64,000 nt of DNA from an uncultured Candidatus Saccharibacteria bacterium (GCA_964566505.1 CAZMIM010000003.1:16463-80462), one strand, 5' to 3'; positions 30,354 through 40,578 are shown, numbered from the stretch's first letter. A program made the numbers and translations. Notes: generated by a model from the letters alone, not told the origin.

Positions 30354-30932
30354 TTAGAATTGAAGGGTGGGTGTGATGGATATGTCGTCTGTGTTGTCCC
30401 AATCTGATGTGTCTACTGGTATAGTACGCACCTCGCCTGTAATGTCTTTGTACTTTACCTCTTTATGTTCGCGCATGTGATCAAATAGACTTTTAGTCAC
30501 TTTTACATCTTGAATACAATAATCCACCACCTTTTGCTTTTCACCTTGTCGCCACCACTCTACTGCCTGAAGCCCGTGTGCGCTTTTTGCTGTGCCAAGA
30601 GTTGCGCCAGCAACAGCATCAAGACCAATTCGTCGTCCTAATGAATTTTGTATTGTTTTCATAAGGTCTATGCTCTTAAAAGAGAATAGGTCGCCTGAGT
30701 AATATTTGTTGAGAAGCGGTATATCAAAGTGGTCTGAGTTATACCCCACAATAGCATCAGTATTCTCAAGTATTGGCCATAGGTCAGCAAGGTCTTCTTG
30801 GAAAAAGCTTTTGTATTCATCTGTTTTTGAGTCGTATATACAAATAACCGCAAGGTCTAATAATGCCGGGTCATTTTTCCCGACATCTTGAAAAATATTA
30901 GATGTTTCAATGTCAAAAACTACAAAATTCAT
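30354..30932 (-). CDS. DEDD-family 3'-5' exonuclease (DnaQ-like fold, DEDDy variant)
   Basis: Exo I FDIETS, Exo II YNSDHFDIPLL, Exo III YCIQDV (Y-x3-D). Confidence 0.6.
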   Translation of the reverse strand: MNFVVFDIETSNIFQDVGKNDPALLDLAVICIYDSKTDEYKSFFQEDLADLWPILENTDAIVGYNSDHFDIPLLNKYYSGDLFSFKSIDLMKTIQNSLGRRIGLDAVAGATLGTAKSAHGLQAVEWWRQGEKQKVVDYCIQDVKVTKSLFDHMREHKEVKYKDITGEVRTIPVDTSDWDNTDDISITPTLQF

Positions 30933-31007
30933 AAGGGATTTTTAGTAGAGCTATTGTAACATCAAATAAAGCCTTTCAGAACCAGATTTTTCTGGTAGAG
31001 TCTATGT

Positions 31008-31766
31008 ATGATTATTTCATATAAACATATAGGAGAAACTCCGCTTGATGTAATAAAGCGACTACAAAACAGTAATACAGAATTAAAAGAGACGACACTT
31101 TCATATGCTGGGCGTCTGGACCCGCTTGCAGAAGGTGTCATGCTTATACTTTCTGGAGAAAAAGAGAATCAAGAAAGAGAAAAATACCTAAGTTTGCCAA
31201 AGGTGTACGAGAGCAAGATTGTTTTTGGACTTTCTACTGATAGCTATGATGTTCTTGGTGTACTAGAAGAAAATATCAATGATATAGAGGAGAAGTTTGA
31301 TGAGGTGAAGCTATCTACTGCTCTTAAGACATTTTCTGGCGTGTATGAGCAGGCCTATCCTCCTTTTTCTTCAAAAACGATTGATGGTACTCCGCTTTGG
31401 AGACTTGCCCGTGACGGAAAGCTTTCTGGAGTAACACTACCTCGACATGATGTTGAGATTGTATCTCTTGAAACAATAGACTCACCAGAAATGTCAGGAA
31501 ATGATTTGTATGAATATGCTGACCATATGGTCAATCAGGTTGATGGAGATTTTCGGCAAAAAGAAATATTAAAATCATGGGAGCAGTTGAAAGGGGACGA
31601 GACTATGTATCCTACACTTACAATACGACTCTCGGTTTCGAGTGGATTTTATGTACGAAGTTTTGCTCATGAGCTTGGAGAAAAAATTGGTTTGCCAGCT
31701 ATGGCGCTTTCTATTAAACGAACACATGTTGGAGAATACACACAAGGAGATATTACTCATCGATAA
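31008..31766 (+). CDS. divergent TruB-family pseudouridine synthase paralog
   Basis: AGRLDPLAEGVMLI (catalytic Asp retained, His of the GH.G.LD box missing), TIDGTPLW, SGFYVRSFAHELGEKIG blocks line up with TruB. Confidence 0.6.
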   Translation: MIISYKHIGETPLDVIKRLQNSNTELKETTLSYAGRLDPLAEGVMLILSGEKENQEREKYLSLPKVYESKIVFGLSTDSYDVLGVLEENINDIEEKFDEVKLSTALKTFSGVYEQAYPPFSSKTIDGTPLWRLARDGKLSGVTLPRHDVEIVSLETIDSPEMSGNDLYEYADHMVNQVDGDFRQKEILKSWEQLKGDETMYPTLTIRLSVSSGFYVRSFAHELGEKIGLPAMALSIKRTHVGEYTQGDITHR

Positions 31767-32400
31767 ATCCAAAGGCATCACATCTTTTGATGTTATTAGG
31801 GAGCTTCGGAATATATTGGGAATAAAAAAGATGGGACACGCAGGAACTCTAGATCCTCTTGCTACAGGTCTTTTGATTGTGGGAGTAGAGGGTGGAACAA
31901 AAAAGATGGAGGAGTATCTTGGTTTGGACAAAGTGTATGAAGCAGAGGTGCTTATAGGAGAGAAGAGAACCACTGGTGATATGGAAGGGGAAGTGATTGA
32001 TAAAAAAGATGTGTCCTGTGAATATGTTGAGGAAAAAATAGAGTCGGTTCTCTCATCTCTTGTGGGTGAGGTGGAGCTTTCCGTGCCGATATATTCTGCG
32101 ATTAAGGTAGATGGAAAACCGCTTTACTGGTATGCGCGCAACAACAAAGAAGTGGAGGTGCCCAAAAAGATAATGCGGATTCTTGATATTTCATATGGCG
32201 GTATTACAAAACACGAGCGAGGGTGTGTTATAACATTTTCTATACATGTAGGAAGTGGCGCATATATCCGCTCTATTGCAGAAGAAATAGGGGAAAGGCT
32301 AGGGCTACCCGCAGTACTTTTTGGACTTCGAAGAACTCGTATAGGAGATTTTGATATAAAAGATGCTAGCACACTTGAGGAGCTTAAAAAGGCTCTATAA
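31726..32400 (+). CDS. truB: tRNA pseudouridine(55) synthase TruB
   Basis: Canonical LLIDKSKGITSFDVI...MGHAGTLDPLATGLL, YSAIKVDGKPLYWYAR, GAYIRSIAEEIGERLG. Start at the ATG at 31726, which overlaps the upstream paralog by 41 nt. Confidence 0.8.
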   Translation: MLENTHKEILLIDKSKGITSFDVIRELRNILGIKKMGHAGTLDPLATGLLIVGVEGGTKKMEEYLGLDKVYEAEVLIGEKRTTGDMEGEVIDKKDVSCEYVEEKIESVLSSLVGEVELSVPIYSAIKVDGKPLYWYARNNKEVEVPKKIMRILDISYGGITKHERGCVITFSIHVGSGAYIRSIAEEIGERLGLPAVLFGLRRTRIGDFDIKDASTLEELKKAL

Positions 32401-32518
32401 AGCGTTCTGAGAGCCAAATGCAAATCATTTGCATTTGGGAAATGTAGTAAAATATGTGCGTGATATAATAGAGGGTGTCTTTGAGACATCGATGTTATTA
32501 GATAAAATACGTATTTTT

Positions 32519-32845
32519 ATGAAAAATAATTGTAATTGTGGAAATGGCGGACCTGCTTTCCATGTAGCGCTCGCACTTGTTGTGATTGGTGCTATCAATT
32601 GGGGACTTGTTGGTGCGTTTAATTTCGATCTTGTAAGTGCAATCTTTGGAGACGGAGGCGTTCTTACTCGAATCATTTTCGTACTCGTAGGTATTTCAGG
32701 ACTTTGGTCAATCAAGCTGTTCAAGGGATGCCGAGGTTCAAAGGGGGCTTCATCAGATATGTCACATTCAAATGACATGTCACATGAGTCATCACATGAG
32801 CCAATGGGCGGACACGATGACAGAAATGACGGAGACGATATGTAA
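32519..32845 (+). CDS. DUF378-family small membrane protein
   Basis: ALALVVIGAINWGLVGAFNFDLV...VLVGISGLW is characteristic of DUF378. Acidic and His-rich C-terminal tail. Confidence 0.6.
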   Translation: MKNNCNCGNGGPAFHVALALVVIGAINWGLVGAFNFDLVSAIFGDGGVLTRIIFVLVGISGLWSIKLFKGCRGSKGASSDMSHSNDMSHESSHEPMGGHDDRNDGDDM

Positions 32846-32852
32846 TCAAAAA

Positions 32853-32886
32853 AATTCCCCCGCATATGCGGGGGAATTTTTTATTT
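32853..32886. terminator. bidirectional terminator AATTCCCCCGC-ATAT-GCGGGGGAATT with T-run
   Basis: Perfect 11-bp GC-rich stem, A-run upstream and T-run downstream, between convergent genes. Confidence 0.8.
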
Positions 32887-33075
32887 GTTGAGTCGATATC
32901 CTTTGTAGGCCATAAATGCTAGAAGAAGCACAACAAGTGCGCTAACCCACGCAGGTATTAGGGTTGACCCAATATAGATGTCCCAACCATTAACGAGTCT
33001 CCATGCATGCAAGAGCCCTGCAAATACAAAGATAAGTGATGCAAGTGAGATATACGTTGATTTTTTAATGTCCAT
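32881..33075 (-). CDS. small two-helix membrane protein, hypothetical
   Basis: 64 aa, two TM helices. Confidence 0.4.
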   Translation of the reverse strand: MDIKKSTYISLASLIFVFAGLLHAWRLVNGWDIYIGSTLIPAWVSALVVLLLAFMAYKGYRLNK

Positions 33076-33185
33076 AACAAAATGTGGTTATGATATGCAA
33101 TGATTATAGCATTTGTGCAATTGATTTTAGGTGGGGCTATAGTGGATAATAAAATACGTTATTATTAGCCTTATAATAGATTCGC

Positions 33186-33566
33186 ATGGATATCGCATTT
33201 TTAATTGGACGTATTCTTTTTGGAATGTATTTTGTAATGTCAGGAATTCAACATTTTCGACATCTTCAAAACATGACAGGATATGCTTCCTCAAAGAAGG
33301 TACCAGCACCTAAGTATTCTGTAATGCTTGCGGGGGTAGTTATTGTTTTTGCTGGACTTGGAGTAGTGCTTGGTGTGTACACAACTATTTCACTAATTGC
33401 GCTTGCAGTATTTTTGGTCGTTGTGGCATTTTGGATGCACGATTTTTGGAGAGCAGAAGATCCAAATGAAAAGATGGCAGAGATGCATCAGTTCCTGAAG
33501 AACATTGCACTTGCCGGAGGTGCGCTCATGGCACTTATGATTGGAGATTGGCCAATGTCACTCTAA
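33186..33566 (+). CDS. DoxX-family membrane protein
   Basis: 126 aa, four TM helices; ILFGMYFVMSGIQHF and AGGALMAL pattern typical of DoxX. Confidence 0.6.
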   Translation: MDIAFLIGRILFGMYFVMSGIQHFRHLQNMTGYASSKKVPAPKYSVMLAGVVIVFAGLGVVLGVYTTISLIALAVFLVVVAFWMHDFWRAEDPNEKMAEMHQFLKNIALAGGALMALMIGDWPMSL

Positions 33567-33640
33567 ACATTTGAGTTTAAAAAACAGCCAGAAGCTCGTA
33601 AAGCTTCTGGCTGTTTGCTTTTTGGGAAATATTAGGTGTT

Positions 33641-34138
33641 TTATTTATGATTAAGTTCTGCAATTAGCCCCAAAATCAAAGACGCTAAGCAAAAAATCAA
33701 AACAATTACTGTGAATGTTTTAATGAATAAAGGCAAAATCTGAATTAAAGAATAACCAATGTCCCAGTTAAGTATTCTTATAAGTACTGAAACAACTATT
33801 CCAATGATTGCTCCCGATAAGGGGCCGTAGTAAAGGCCCTCTATCCATAGATTTAAAGAGCCATCTTCCTCAAAGTGTGCAAGTTGTTTATATATTTTTG
33901 TTGCACAAGCTGCTGTTACTCCCAAAAAAATATAAATATTAATAGGAATCCATAATAGAGAAATTTTTCCTATCTCTATATTCATAGGATTTAAGGAAAA
34001 TATTTCTTTGAGGTTTGCCCAGAAATAGCTTTCAAATGTTGAAAACCAAATCAATAAGCTTAAAATAAGTGAAATGAGGCCCCAAAATCTATTTTTAGGG
34101 ATTGTAATGTAGAAATTAGCAGAGTAATTGTCTGACAT
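33641..34138 (-). CDS. membrane protein, hypothetical
   Basis: 165 aa, four to five TM helices. Confidence 0.4.
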   Translation of the reverse strand: MSDNYSANFYITIPKNRFWGLISLILSLLIWFSTFESYFWANLKEIFSLNPMNIEIGKISLLWIPINIYIFLGVTAACATKIYKQLAHFEEDGSLNLWIEGLYYGPLSGAIIGIVVSVLIRILNWDIGYSLIQILPLFIKTFTVIVLIFCLASLILGLIAELNHK

Positions 34139-34247
34139 TTTTTACACCATGTTTTTTGTTAATGTTCGATTCAAAAACACTATATAACAATAATACTGTA
34201 TGGTCAATATAAACAAAAACAGCCCGTACGGGCTGTTTTTTAGTTGG

Positions 34248-34670
34248 TTATATTTGCGAACCACAGAATTTACATTTTGTAGCCTTGATTGAGATTTTTG
34301 AAATACAGTGTGAGCACTCTTTCTCTGTTGGTTTTTCGGGCGCATCCTCATCGTACATATCACGAATTCGATTCATTGCTTTTACGAGCATAAATACTGA
34401 GAACGCAACAATAATAAAGCTGATGAGGTTGTTTATAAATAGACCATAACCAAGCACTACTGCTTCTGAACCTTCTGTAGCTTCTTTAAGAGTCCATGCG
34501 AGGTTTGAAAAGTCTACACCTCCAAGAAGCACCCCAATTGGTGGCATGATTACATCTTTTACAAGAGAAGAAACGATTGTACCGAAAGCACCACCAATGA
34601 TGATACCAACGGCCATGTCCACAACGTTTCCTTTAAGTGCAAATGATTTAAATTCTTCAATAAATTTCAT
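34248..34670 (-). CDS. mscL: large-conductance mechanosensitive channel MscL with C-terminal Cys4 zinc-ribbon tail
   Basis: [30 protein letters not shown]...IMPPIG N-terminus; unusual C-terminal [22 protein letters not shown]. Confidence 0.85.
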   Translation of the reverse strand: MKFIEEFKSFALKGNVVDMAVGIIIGGAFGTIVSSLVKDVIMPPIGVLLGGVDFSNLAWTLKEATEGSEAVVLGYGLFINNLISFIIVAFSVFMLVKAMNRIRDMYDEDAPEKPTEKECSHCISKISIKATKCKFCGSQI

Positions 34671-34680
34671 ATTTTTATAG

Positions 34681-35469
34681 TTATAAGAGACCGGCAATAA
34701 TAGCGAGTACTCCAAATATAATAACAAAATACCCGAAATTTACTTTTTCTGCCAGTTTCATCAATCCTTTAATAGTGAGAAGCCCAAAAACAAATGACGC
34801 AACAAGACCCAAGACAGATGCAGTTGTGATAAGGGCACCGTTTATGTTGAGTACTATATTTCCAGCAAGAACAATAGGTATGCTCATAAGAAATGAGAGT
34901 TGTAGTGATGTGGCTTTGTCATATCCTCGTAGTAGCAGTGTTGATACTGTAAGCCCAGAGCGAGAAAAGCCAGGAAGTACCGCAAACCCTTGGATGATTC
35001 CAAGAAGCACGCTGTCGCTTGTTGTCACCTCTGTACGTTTTGATTGTGTCTTTTCTGCAGAAAGCTGGAGTACACCAGTTATTATCAAAAGAATACCAAT
35101 CACAAGTGTTACCGCCACACCTGATGATGCTAGTGCGGGCTCTATCATATCAATAAGCCCTAAGAAAATAATACCCATACCACCGCTTATGAGTGTTGAG
35201 ATAATCAGGAACCGAAGCACCTTTCTGTCGTGTGATGAGCTTTCGTGTGCATGAAATAGTGTATGGCACAGTCGTTTTATGTCGTTCCAGAAATATACCA
35301 AAGCAGCTAATAGTGTTCCAAAATGAAGAAGGAGCGCGCCCTTAAGTATCGTCTCAAGACTTCCTCCACCTAGAATATTTTCATGAATCAATACAAGAAC
35401 AGCCTCCGAGCTGACCGGAAGCCATTCTGTGATTCCTTGTATTGCGCCAAGTATTAGCTGTTCAATCAT
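34681..35469 (-). CDS. uppP: undecaprenyl-diphosphatase (BacA/UppP)
   Basis: [16 protein letters not shown] and ...PGFSRSG motifs; 8 TM helices. Confidence 0.85.
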   Translation of the reverse strand: MIEQLILGAIQGITEWLPVSSEAVLVLIHENILGGGSLETILKGALLLHFGTLLAALVYFWNDIKRLCHTLFHAHESSSHDRKVLRFLIISTLISGGMGIIFLGLIDMIEPALASSGVAVTLVIGILLIITGVLQLSAEKTQSKRTEVTTSDSVLLGIIQGFAVLPGFSRSGLTVSTLLLRGYDKATSLQLSFLMSIPIVLAGNIVLNINGALITTASVLGLVASFVFGLLTIKGLMKLAEKVNFGYFVIIFGVLAIIAGLL

Positions 35470-35509
35470 TACTTTTTATTATAGCGCGTTTATAAATAGG
35501 GTGGTGTGC

Positions 35510-36157
35510 CTATTTATTTTCTGTGTGTATTACAGCCTTGAGCACCACTTCTTCATCTACATCTGCAAGAAACGGAAGATCTGGGACTGTTAGGTTGAAG
35601 TCTTTGTATAAAATAGTAGCTTTAATATCTGCTTTCAGCGTTTCGTCTGCTTCTAGTGTTCCTTCAAATGTTACAGGGTTTGTAACTCCTGAGACTGTCA
35701 TGTCACCATCGATAGTAATAGCGCTTCCAACAAGTTCTACATTTGTTGGCTCAAAAACAATAAACTCATTTTCATCATCATTTGACTTAAGAACCATGTT
35801 TACAACTGCGTTGTCTCGATTTACTTTATCTGTTTTGAATGTTCTTGCATTGATGCGGATTGCTCCGATTTGAATATCGCTTGGGTTGCTTTGATTATAT
35901 GCGATTTCTCCACCAACTTCATTTGTCTCTCCCACAACAGTTACCGGCTCTCCGTTAAGAAGCTCTCCTATAGAGTATGAAACCACAGACTCATCTGTGA
36001 TGGTGTATATCATTTTCTCACCTCCAGTATCCTCTAGAACATCTGTTACTCCAGCGTTTACGTCTTCGCTAGGTGCTTCTGGTGTACGAGTAATGTAGAA
36101 ATATCCAATAAGTAATACGAGAATAACAAGAGCTGCGCTCAGAATAGTATTTTTCAT
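35510..36157 (-). CDS. secreted YceI-like domain protein (tentative)
   Basis: Signal anchor plus beta-rich domain with the YceI-like spacing VVSYSIGELLNGE...TFEGTLEADE...ADIKATI. Confidence 0.4.
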   Translation of the reverse strand: MKNTILSAALVILVLLIGYFYITRTPEAPSEDVNAGVTDVLEDTGGEKMIYTITDESVVSYSIGELLNGEPVTVVGETNEVGGEIAYNQSNPSDIQIGAIRINARTFKTDKVNRDNAVVNMVLKSNDDENEFIVFEPTNVELVGSAITIDGDMTVSGVTNPVTFEGTLEADETLKADIKATILYKDFNLTVPDLPFLADVDEEVVLKAVIHTENK

Positions 36158-36211
36158 GATTTAATATTTATGATTAATTACGCTGAATTGTAGCACAGCC
36201 GACTATCCACA

Positions 36212-37261
36212 CTATTTGACTATTGTTTCTAACTCTTGTGGAGCTTTAAATGAAATAGAAAATGTTTTTCTCCCAATAAGTTGCCCACGCGTAGTGCGCA
36301 CATCTACGCGCCATAACCCTTCTTGTGTCATACTGCTTCTGCTGTATCCTCGGTATCCTTCGCCTCGTCCTCCAGATATATCAAATGCAATTTGTGAACG
36401 AGTCACCCAGCCATTGTCAGTTTTGTGGCTCCATACGTGCGTGATGGTTTGGTCGAGGTTTGTGGGTGCAAAAACTGCACTATATACATAGAGTTCTTGA
36501 GGCTCTGATATATGAAAATCTTTTGTAAATGGTTTTTGCCACCAAGGAAGCTTTTCTTGCGTGAGTATGTATTGGTTTTCTGTGCGCTCTAGACTATATG
36601 AGACAGCAATGTCTTTGAGTGACAGAGGAATTGGCGGGATGATTCGAGAAAAATAAAGTGTGTTTATTAGAAGTGTAATAATAATCACCATAATATATAT
36701 CTGGTTTCTTTTATCCTCTGCTCGTGTTTTTGATGAGCGCTCGATAATTTTTGTGAGCCCTGCGATTGCGAGAATGCTTGCTATACCAGAGAGTATAAAT
36801 ACTAGGTCACCCATATGTGCGATAAGTACTGGGATGAAAAATATAAAGAATAAATAGAGAGCAATAAAATACACACTCATTCGGAAGACATATTTCTCAT
36901 ATCGCTCTTTGAATGTTTCGTTTCCAATGAGTAGATATAGGAGCGTTATGATAAATGGCCAACTCGTTGCAAGCGAACCACTTCGTGTATAGAGAATAAA
37001 GAACCCAGAGAATAGACCTCCAAACGCATACTGAAGCAGGTAGGGAAGAAAGAGCCTTATGCGAGACTCATCCTTTAGGTAGTGGAATAGGGTAATAGAA
37101 AGTCCTGCAATAAGCAGATATGCGATGAAAATAGCGTTATCGAGCTTCTGGTCAATGCGAGTGAGGGTGAGACTGTCGACTGTAAAACCGAGTGCGAGTG
37201 CACCAAAGGATAGTGAGCGCTCGTGGCGGAGCACAAAGGCCTTTATTTGAGAAAATGTCAT
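36212..37261 (-). CDS. polytopic membrane protein with C-terminal extracytoplasmic domain, hypothetical
   Basis: About 8 TM helices, then a roughly 130-aa soluble tail. Confidence 0.4.
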   Translation of the reverse strand: MTFSQIKAFVLRHERSLSFGALALGFTVDSLTLTRIDQKLDNAIFIAYLLIAGLSITLFHYLKDESRIRLFLPYLLQYAFGGLFSGFFILYTRSGSLATSWPFIITLLYLLIGNETFKERYEKYVFRMSVYFIALYLFFIFFIPVLIAHMGDLVFILSGIASILAIAGLTKIIERSSKTRAEDKRNQIYIMVIIITLLINTLYFSRIIPPIPLSLKDIAVSYSLERTENQYILTQEKLPWWQKPFTKDFHISEPQELYVYSAVFAPTNLDQTITHVWSHKTDNGWVTRSQIAFDISGGRGEGYRGYSRSSMTQEGLWRVDVRTTRGQLIGRKTFSISFKAPQELETIVK

Positions 37262-37414
37262 AGTAATATCATATACTATTTTGAGCGAGAAATCAGCAAA
37301 AAATGGCTTATTTTGGGGATATTTTCAATATTGACACAGTATTTATTTGCTTGTGTTGTATTGACAGGGAATACCTAATGTGTTATTATACATACACATA
37401 GGTTATATGACCTA

Positions 37415-37987
37415 TTGTACATACATATGAGTAATATCTTTAATTTAGCCCTATTGGGTGTTTTTCTTTTCTCAGGAGTTTCCGGCGTTTCAGTGCCGTC
37501 TCCAGTAGTTGATGCGGAGATTATGCCAGTTAATTCTGCCACAATCTCATCACTGAAGCTGACTGGATACAACGCTGTACCCGAGCAAACAAATGAGGAT
37601 CCGCACATTACCGCATCAGGTGCACGATCTAACCACGAGGTTGTGATCGCTCGTTCTAGAGACTTGGCCGGTGATCTTCCATACGGAACTATTGTTGCTC
37701 TCAGCGCAGGTTCTTACAAGGAATCATGTGGATTTGAACAAGTAGAACATCTTATTGGTTATCGTGTGGTAGCAGACACTATGCACCCACGAAAAACGCG
37801 TCAGGTTGATGTCATGTTTGGAACCAACGACACAGTTCGTCTAGGTAAAAAGCATCTCAATCCAGCAATCGTAATGGGAATTTGTGAAGTGTCAGTGGAT
37901 GTCGTAGGTCATATTAGCATCTCCGATATTCCCGATACCCAATATGAACTTGCGATGATGGTAGAAGATCATCTGGCAATGCGATAA
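37415..37987 (+). CDS. secreted 3D-domain (RlpA/MltA-like double-psi beta-barrel) protein
   Basis: Signal peptide; ITASGARSNHEVVIARSRDLAGDLPYGTIVAL resembles the 3D-domain Asp-rich motif. Confidence 0.45.
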   Translation: MYIHMSNIFNLALLGVFLFSGVSGVSVPSPVVDAEIMPVNSATISSLKLTGYNAVPEQTNEDPHITASGARSNHEVVIARSRDLAGDLPYGTIVALSAGSYKESCGFEQVEHLIGYRVVADTMHPRKTRQVDVMFGTNDTVRLGKKHLNPAIVMGICEVSVDVVGHISISDIPDTQYELAMMVEDHLAMR

Positions 37988-38036
37988 AAATTATAATAAT
38001 CACAAAAACACACCGCCAAGGCGGTGTGTTTTTGTT

Positions 38037-38420
38037 TTATTTCTTTTCTTTAAAATCAAGAGAGCATGAGTTGATACAGAATCTTTTTCCTGTAGTTTCT
38101 TCTGGTCCATCATCAAAAACATGACCAAGATGTGCTCCACAGTACGCACAAGAGACTTCTTTTCTTTTCATTCCGTGCGATAGATCTTCTGAGAGTGTGA
38201 TGTTTTCTGTATTTTCAGGTTTATCAAAGCTAGGCCAACCTGTGTGTGAATCAAACTTTGAATCAGAAGAAAAGAGTTCTCTGCCACATACGACACATGT
38301 ATACATACCAGACTCTTTGTGTTTGTAGTATTTGCCCGTGTATGCTGGCTCGGTGCCTTTGTTTTGAGTTACTTCGTATTGCTCGGGTGTGAGCTTTTCT
38401 TTTAGTTCGTCTTTATTCAT
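38037..38420 (-). CDS. msrB: peptide-methionine (R)-S-oxide reductase MsrB
   Basis: CVVCGRELF..GWPSF..RKEVSCAYCGAHLGHVFDDGP has both CxxC pairs and the catalytic Cys. Start at MNKDEL. Confidence 0.88.
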   Translation of the reverse strand: MNKDELKEKLTPEQYEVTQNKGTEPAYTGKYYKHKESGMYTCVVCGRELFSSDSKFDSHTGWPSFDKPENTENITLSEDLSHGMKRKEVSCAYCGAHLGHVFDDGPEETTGKRFCINSCSLDFKEKK

Positions 38421-38442
38421 ATATACATTGTATAATAAAAAC

Positions 38443-39567
38443 ATGAGATTATTTTCAAAACTAGTAATAGTGGCATTTTTATTTGCGCCATTTCTAACAA
38501 GCGCACAGGCACTACACCAAGACACACAAGGTGTGTGGCGTGCACAAGTTGTTGAGGCCACTGAGTCTGAAGAAGTTATTTTGGATGGCCTAGGTTTTTC
38601 TTCAGAGAAGCAGACAATAACAGCTCGTATATTAGAAGGGGAAAGAGAAGGGGATGAAGTTGTTTTTGAAAATGACTATATACAGCTTAAAAAAGGGGAT
38701 CGATTTTACCTGAATTATTTGGTAACAATTCAGGGAAGTGAGATTTATTCTGTTCGTGAAAAAGACAGGGCTTTTGAAATGTATGCACTTTTTGCACTTT
38801 TTGTATTGGTAGTCATTTTCTTTGGGGGTAAGCAAGGTTTTCGCTCACTTTTGTCACTTGTTGGTAGTATTTTTGTAGTTTTGTATTTTTTGGTTCCTGG
38901 TTTGGTATCGGGCTATTCGCCAGTTCTATTGAGCGTTCTGGTGGCGGGTGGAGTGCTATTCTTTGCAATTTTTGTGACCCATGGTTTCAATAGACGCTCA
39001 TTGATAGCATTCGTGGGTACATTTTCTGCCGTTGTTATAACAGGTATTATTGCGCTTGTTTCTATAAAGACCACAGGACTTACTGGTTTTTCAACAGACG
39101 AGAGTGTGTATCTAAACATTAGTACTGGTGGGAGTCTTAATTTTGTAGGTCTTTTGCTTGCTGGAGTGATTATTGGTTCTCTGGGAGCACTTGATGATAT
39201 TGCTGTAACTCAAGTTGCTGTGGTGCGAGAGCTCTTTGCTGCAAACAAAAAAATAAATCCAAAAGAGGTATACGAGAGAGCAATGCGCGTAGGTAAAGAG
39301 CATGTGGGAGCGCTTGTGAACACACTTGTTCTTGCATACACAGGAGCATCTTTGCCACTACTTCTTTTGTTTTCACTTTCTGAGTCTTCATCTTTGATGA
39401 TTATGAACAGTGAAATATTTGCAGCTGAAATTGTTCGCTCTCTTGTGGGAAGCATAGGTCTTGTACTTACAGTACCTATCACAACACTCCTTGCTGTAAT
39501 GTTTCTTAAAAACAAAGACCTAAAACCACTTTCTGATGACCACGGACACCATCATCACCATCACTAA
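38443..39567 (+). CDS. YibE/F-like membrane protein with natural poly-His C-terminus
   Basis: Signal peptide, extracytoplasmic N-domain, then about 8 TM helices; ends DDHGHHHHHH. Confidence 0.5.
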   Translation: MRLFSKLVIVAFLFAPFLTSAQALHQDTQGVWRAQVVEATESEEVILDGLGFSSEKQTITARILEGEREGDEVVFENDYIQLKKGDRFYLNYLVTIQGSEIYSVREKDRAFEMYALFALFVLVVIFFGGKQGFRSLLSLVGSIFVVLYFLVPGLVSGYSPVLLSVLVAGGVLFFAIFVTHGFNRRSLIAFVGTFSAVVITGIIALVSIKTTGLTGFSTDESVYLNISTGGSLNFVGLLLAGVIIGSLGALDDIAVTQVAVVRELFAANKKINPKEVYERAMRVGKEHVGALVNTLVLAYTGASLPLLLLFSLSESSSLMIMNSEIFAAEIVRSLVGSIGLVLTVPITTLLAVMFLKNKDLKPLSDDHGHHHHHH

Positions 39568-39570
39568 TTC

Positions 39571-40065
39571 ATGAGTATAGAGTACGAAAAAGCAGTATTT
39601 GCAGGAGGATATTTCTGGGGCATGGAAGAGCTTTTCAGGAAGCTTCCCGGTGTTGTTGATACACAAACTGGATATGCAGGTGGAGACAATACCGACCCAA
39701 CATATGAGAATCATCCTGGTCATGCAGAAGCTCTAGAGATTACTTACGACTCAGAAAAGATTTCATACAAAGAGCTCTTAGACTTTTTCTTTCGTATACA
39801 CAATCCTACCACTAAAAATCAGCAAGGAAACGATATTGGCGAGTCGTACCGTTCTGCTATTTTCTATTCTAATGAAGAAGAAAAAAATGAAGCACAAGCT
39901 TTTATTGAGATAGTGAATGCGTCTGGTCGATGGAAAGACAAGGTGGTAACTACGCTCGAGCCACTTGGAGATTTTCATGAAGCAGAAGAGTATCACCAAG
40001 ATTATCTCCAGAAAAATCCGGGAGGATATACATGTCATGCAGTATTTTTCGACACATATCTATAG
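39571..40065 (+). CDS. msrA: peptide-methionine (S)-S-oxide reductase MsrA homolog (catalytic Cys replaced by Tyr)
   Basis: [12 protein letters not shown] vs canonical GCFWG; the rest ([24 protein letters not shown]) is strongly MsrA. Confidence 0.8.
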   Translation: MSIEYEKAVFAGGYFWGMEELFRKLPGVVDTQTGYAGGDNTDPTYENHPGHAEALEITYDSEKISYKELLDFFFRIHNPTTKNQQGNDIGESYRSAIFYSNEEEKNEAQAFIEIVNASGRWKDKVVTTLEPLGDFHEAEEYHQDYLQKNPGGYTCHAVFFDTYL

Positions 40066-40107
40066 CATGTTATAGTAGTAACCGATTATTCACTAACTCA
40101 TATTGCT

Positions 40108-40578
40108 ATGAATGAAAAAGTTGCAAAAAAGGTAGGGGAGGCTTATGCCTTTTCTCAAATTCTTAACAATCTATATAGTGACTACCCTGCGGTAGTGGAG
40201 GAACTTTTGGAAGACAAAAGTACCGATATAGAAAATAAAACTTCTGGGCACATAAGCGGTCTTGAGCGAGTTGCTCAAGAGCTTGAGATGCACGAGGTTG
40301 TTGTTACAAAAGCAGAAAAAACTGTCTCAAAGATTACTGGAATGGGAGAAACATATGTTGGTGACGAGTGGGATAACCCTGTGGAGGTACTAGAGTGGAT
40401 GAGCTTCTTTCTTGGGGCTGCAATTATTCACTGGAACCTTATCCTAGGAAGCGCACAAGAGATGGGGCACGATGATTTTGCTTCAGTGGCTGGTGATGGG
40501 CTTTCATATTTTCAAGAACTATTTCAAGCACTTACTGACAAGTCAGAAGAGGTAGGAAAGGCACGCGCACAAGGATAA
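40108..40578 (+). CDS. hypothetical protein
   Basis: 156 aa, acidic, helical; no motif recognised. Confidence 0.35.
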   Translation: MNEKVAKKVGEAYAFSQILNNLYSDYPAVVEELLEDKSTDIENKTSGHISGLERVAQELEMHEVVVTKAEKTVSKITGMGETYVGDEWDNPVEVLEWMSFFLGAAIIHWNLILGSAQEMGHDDFASVAGDGLSYFQELFQALTDKSEEVGKARAQG

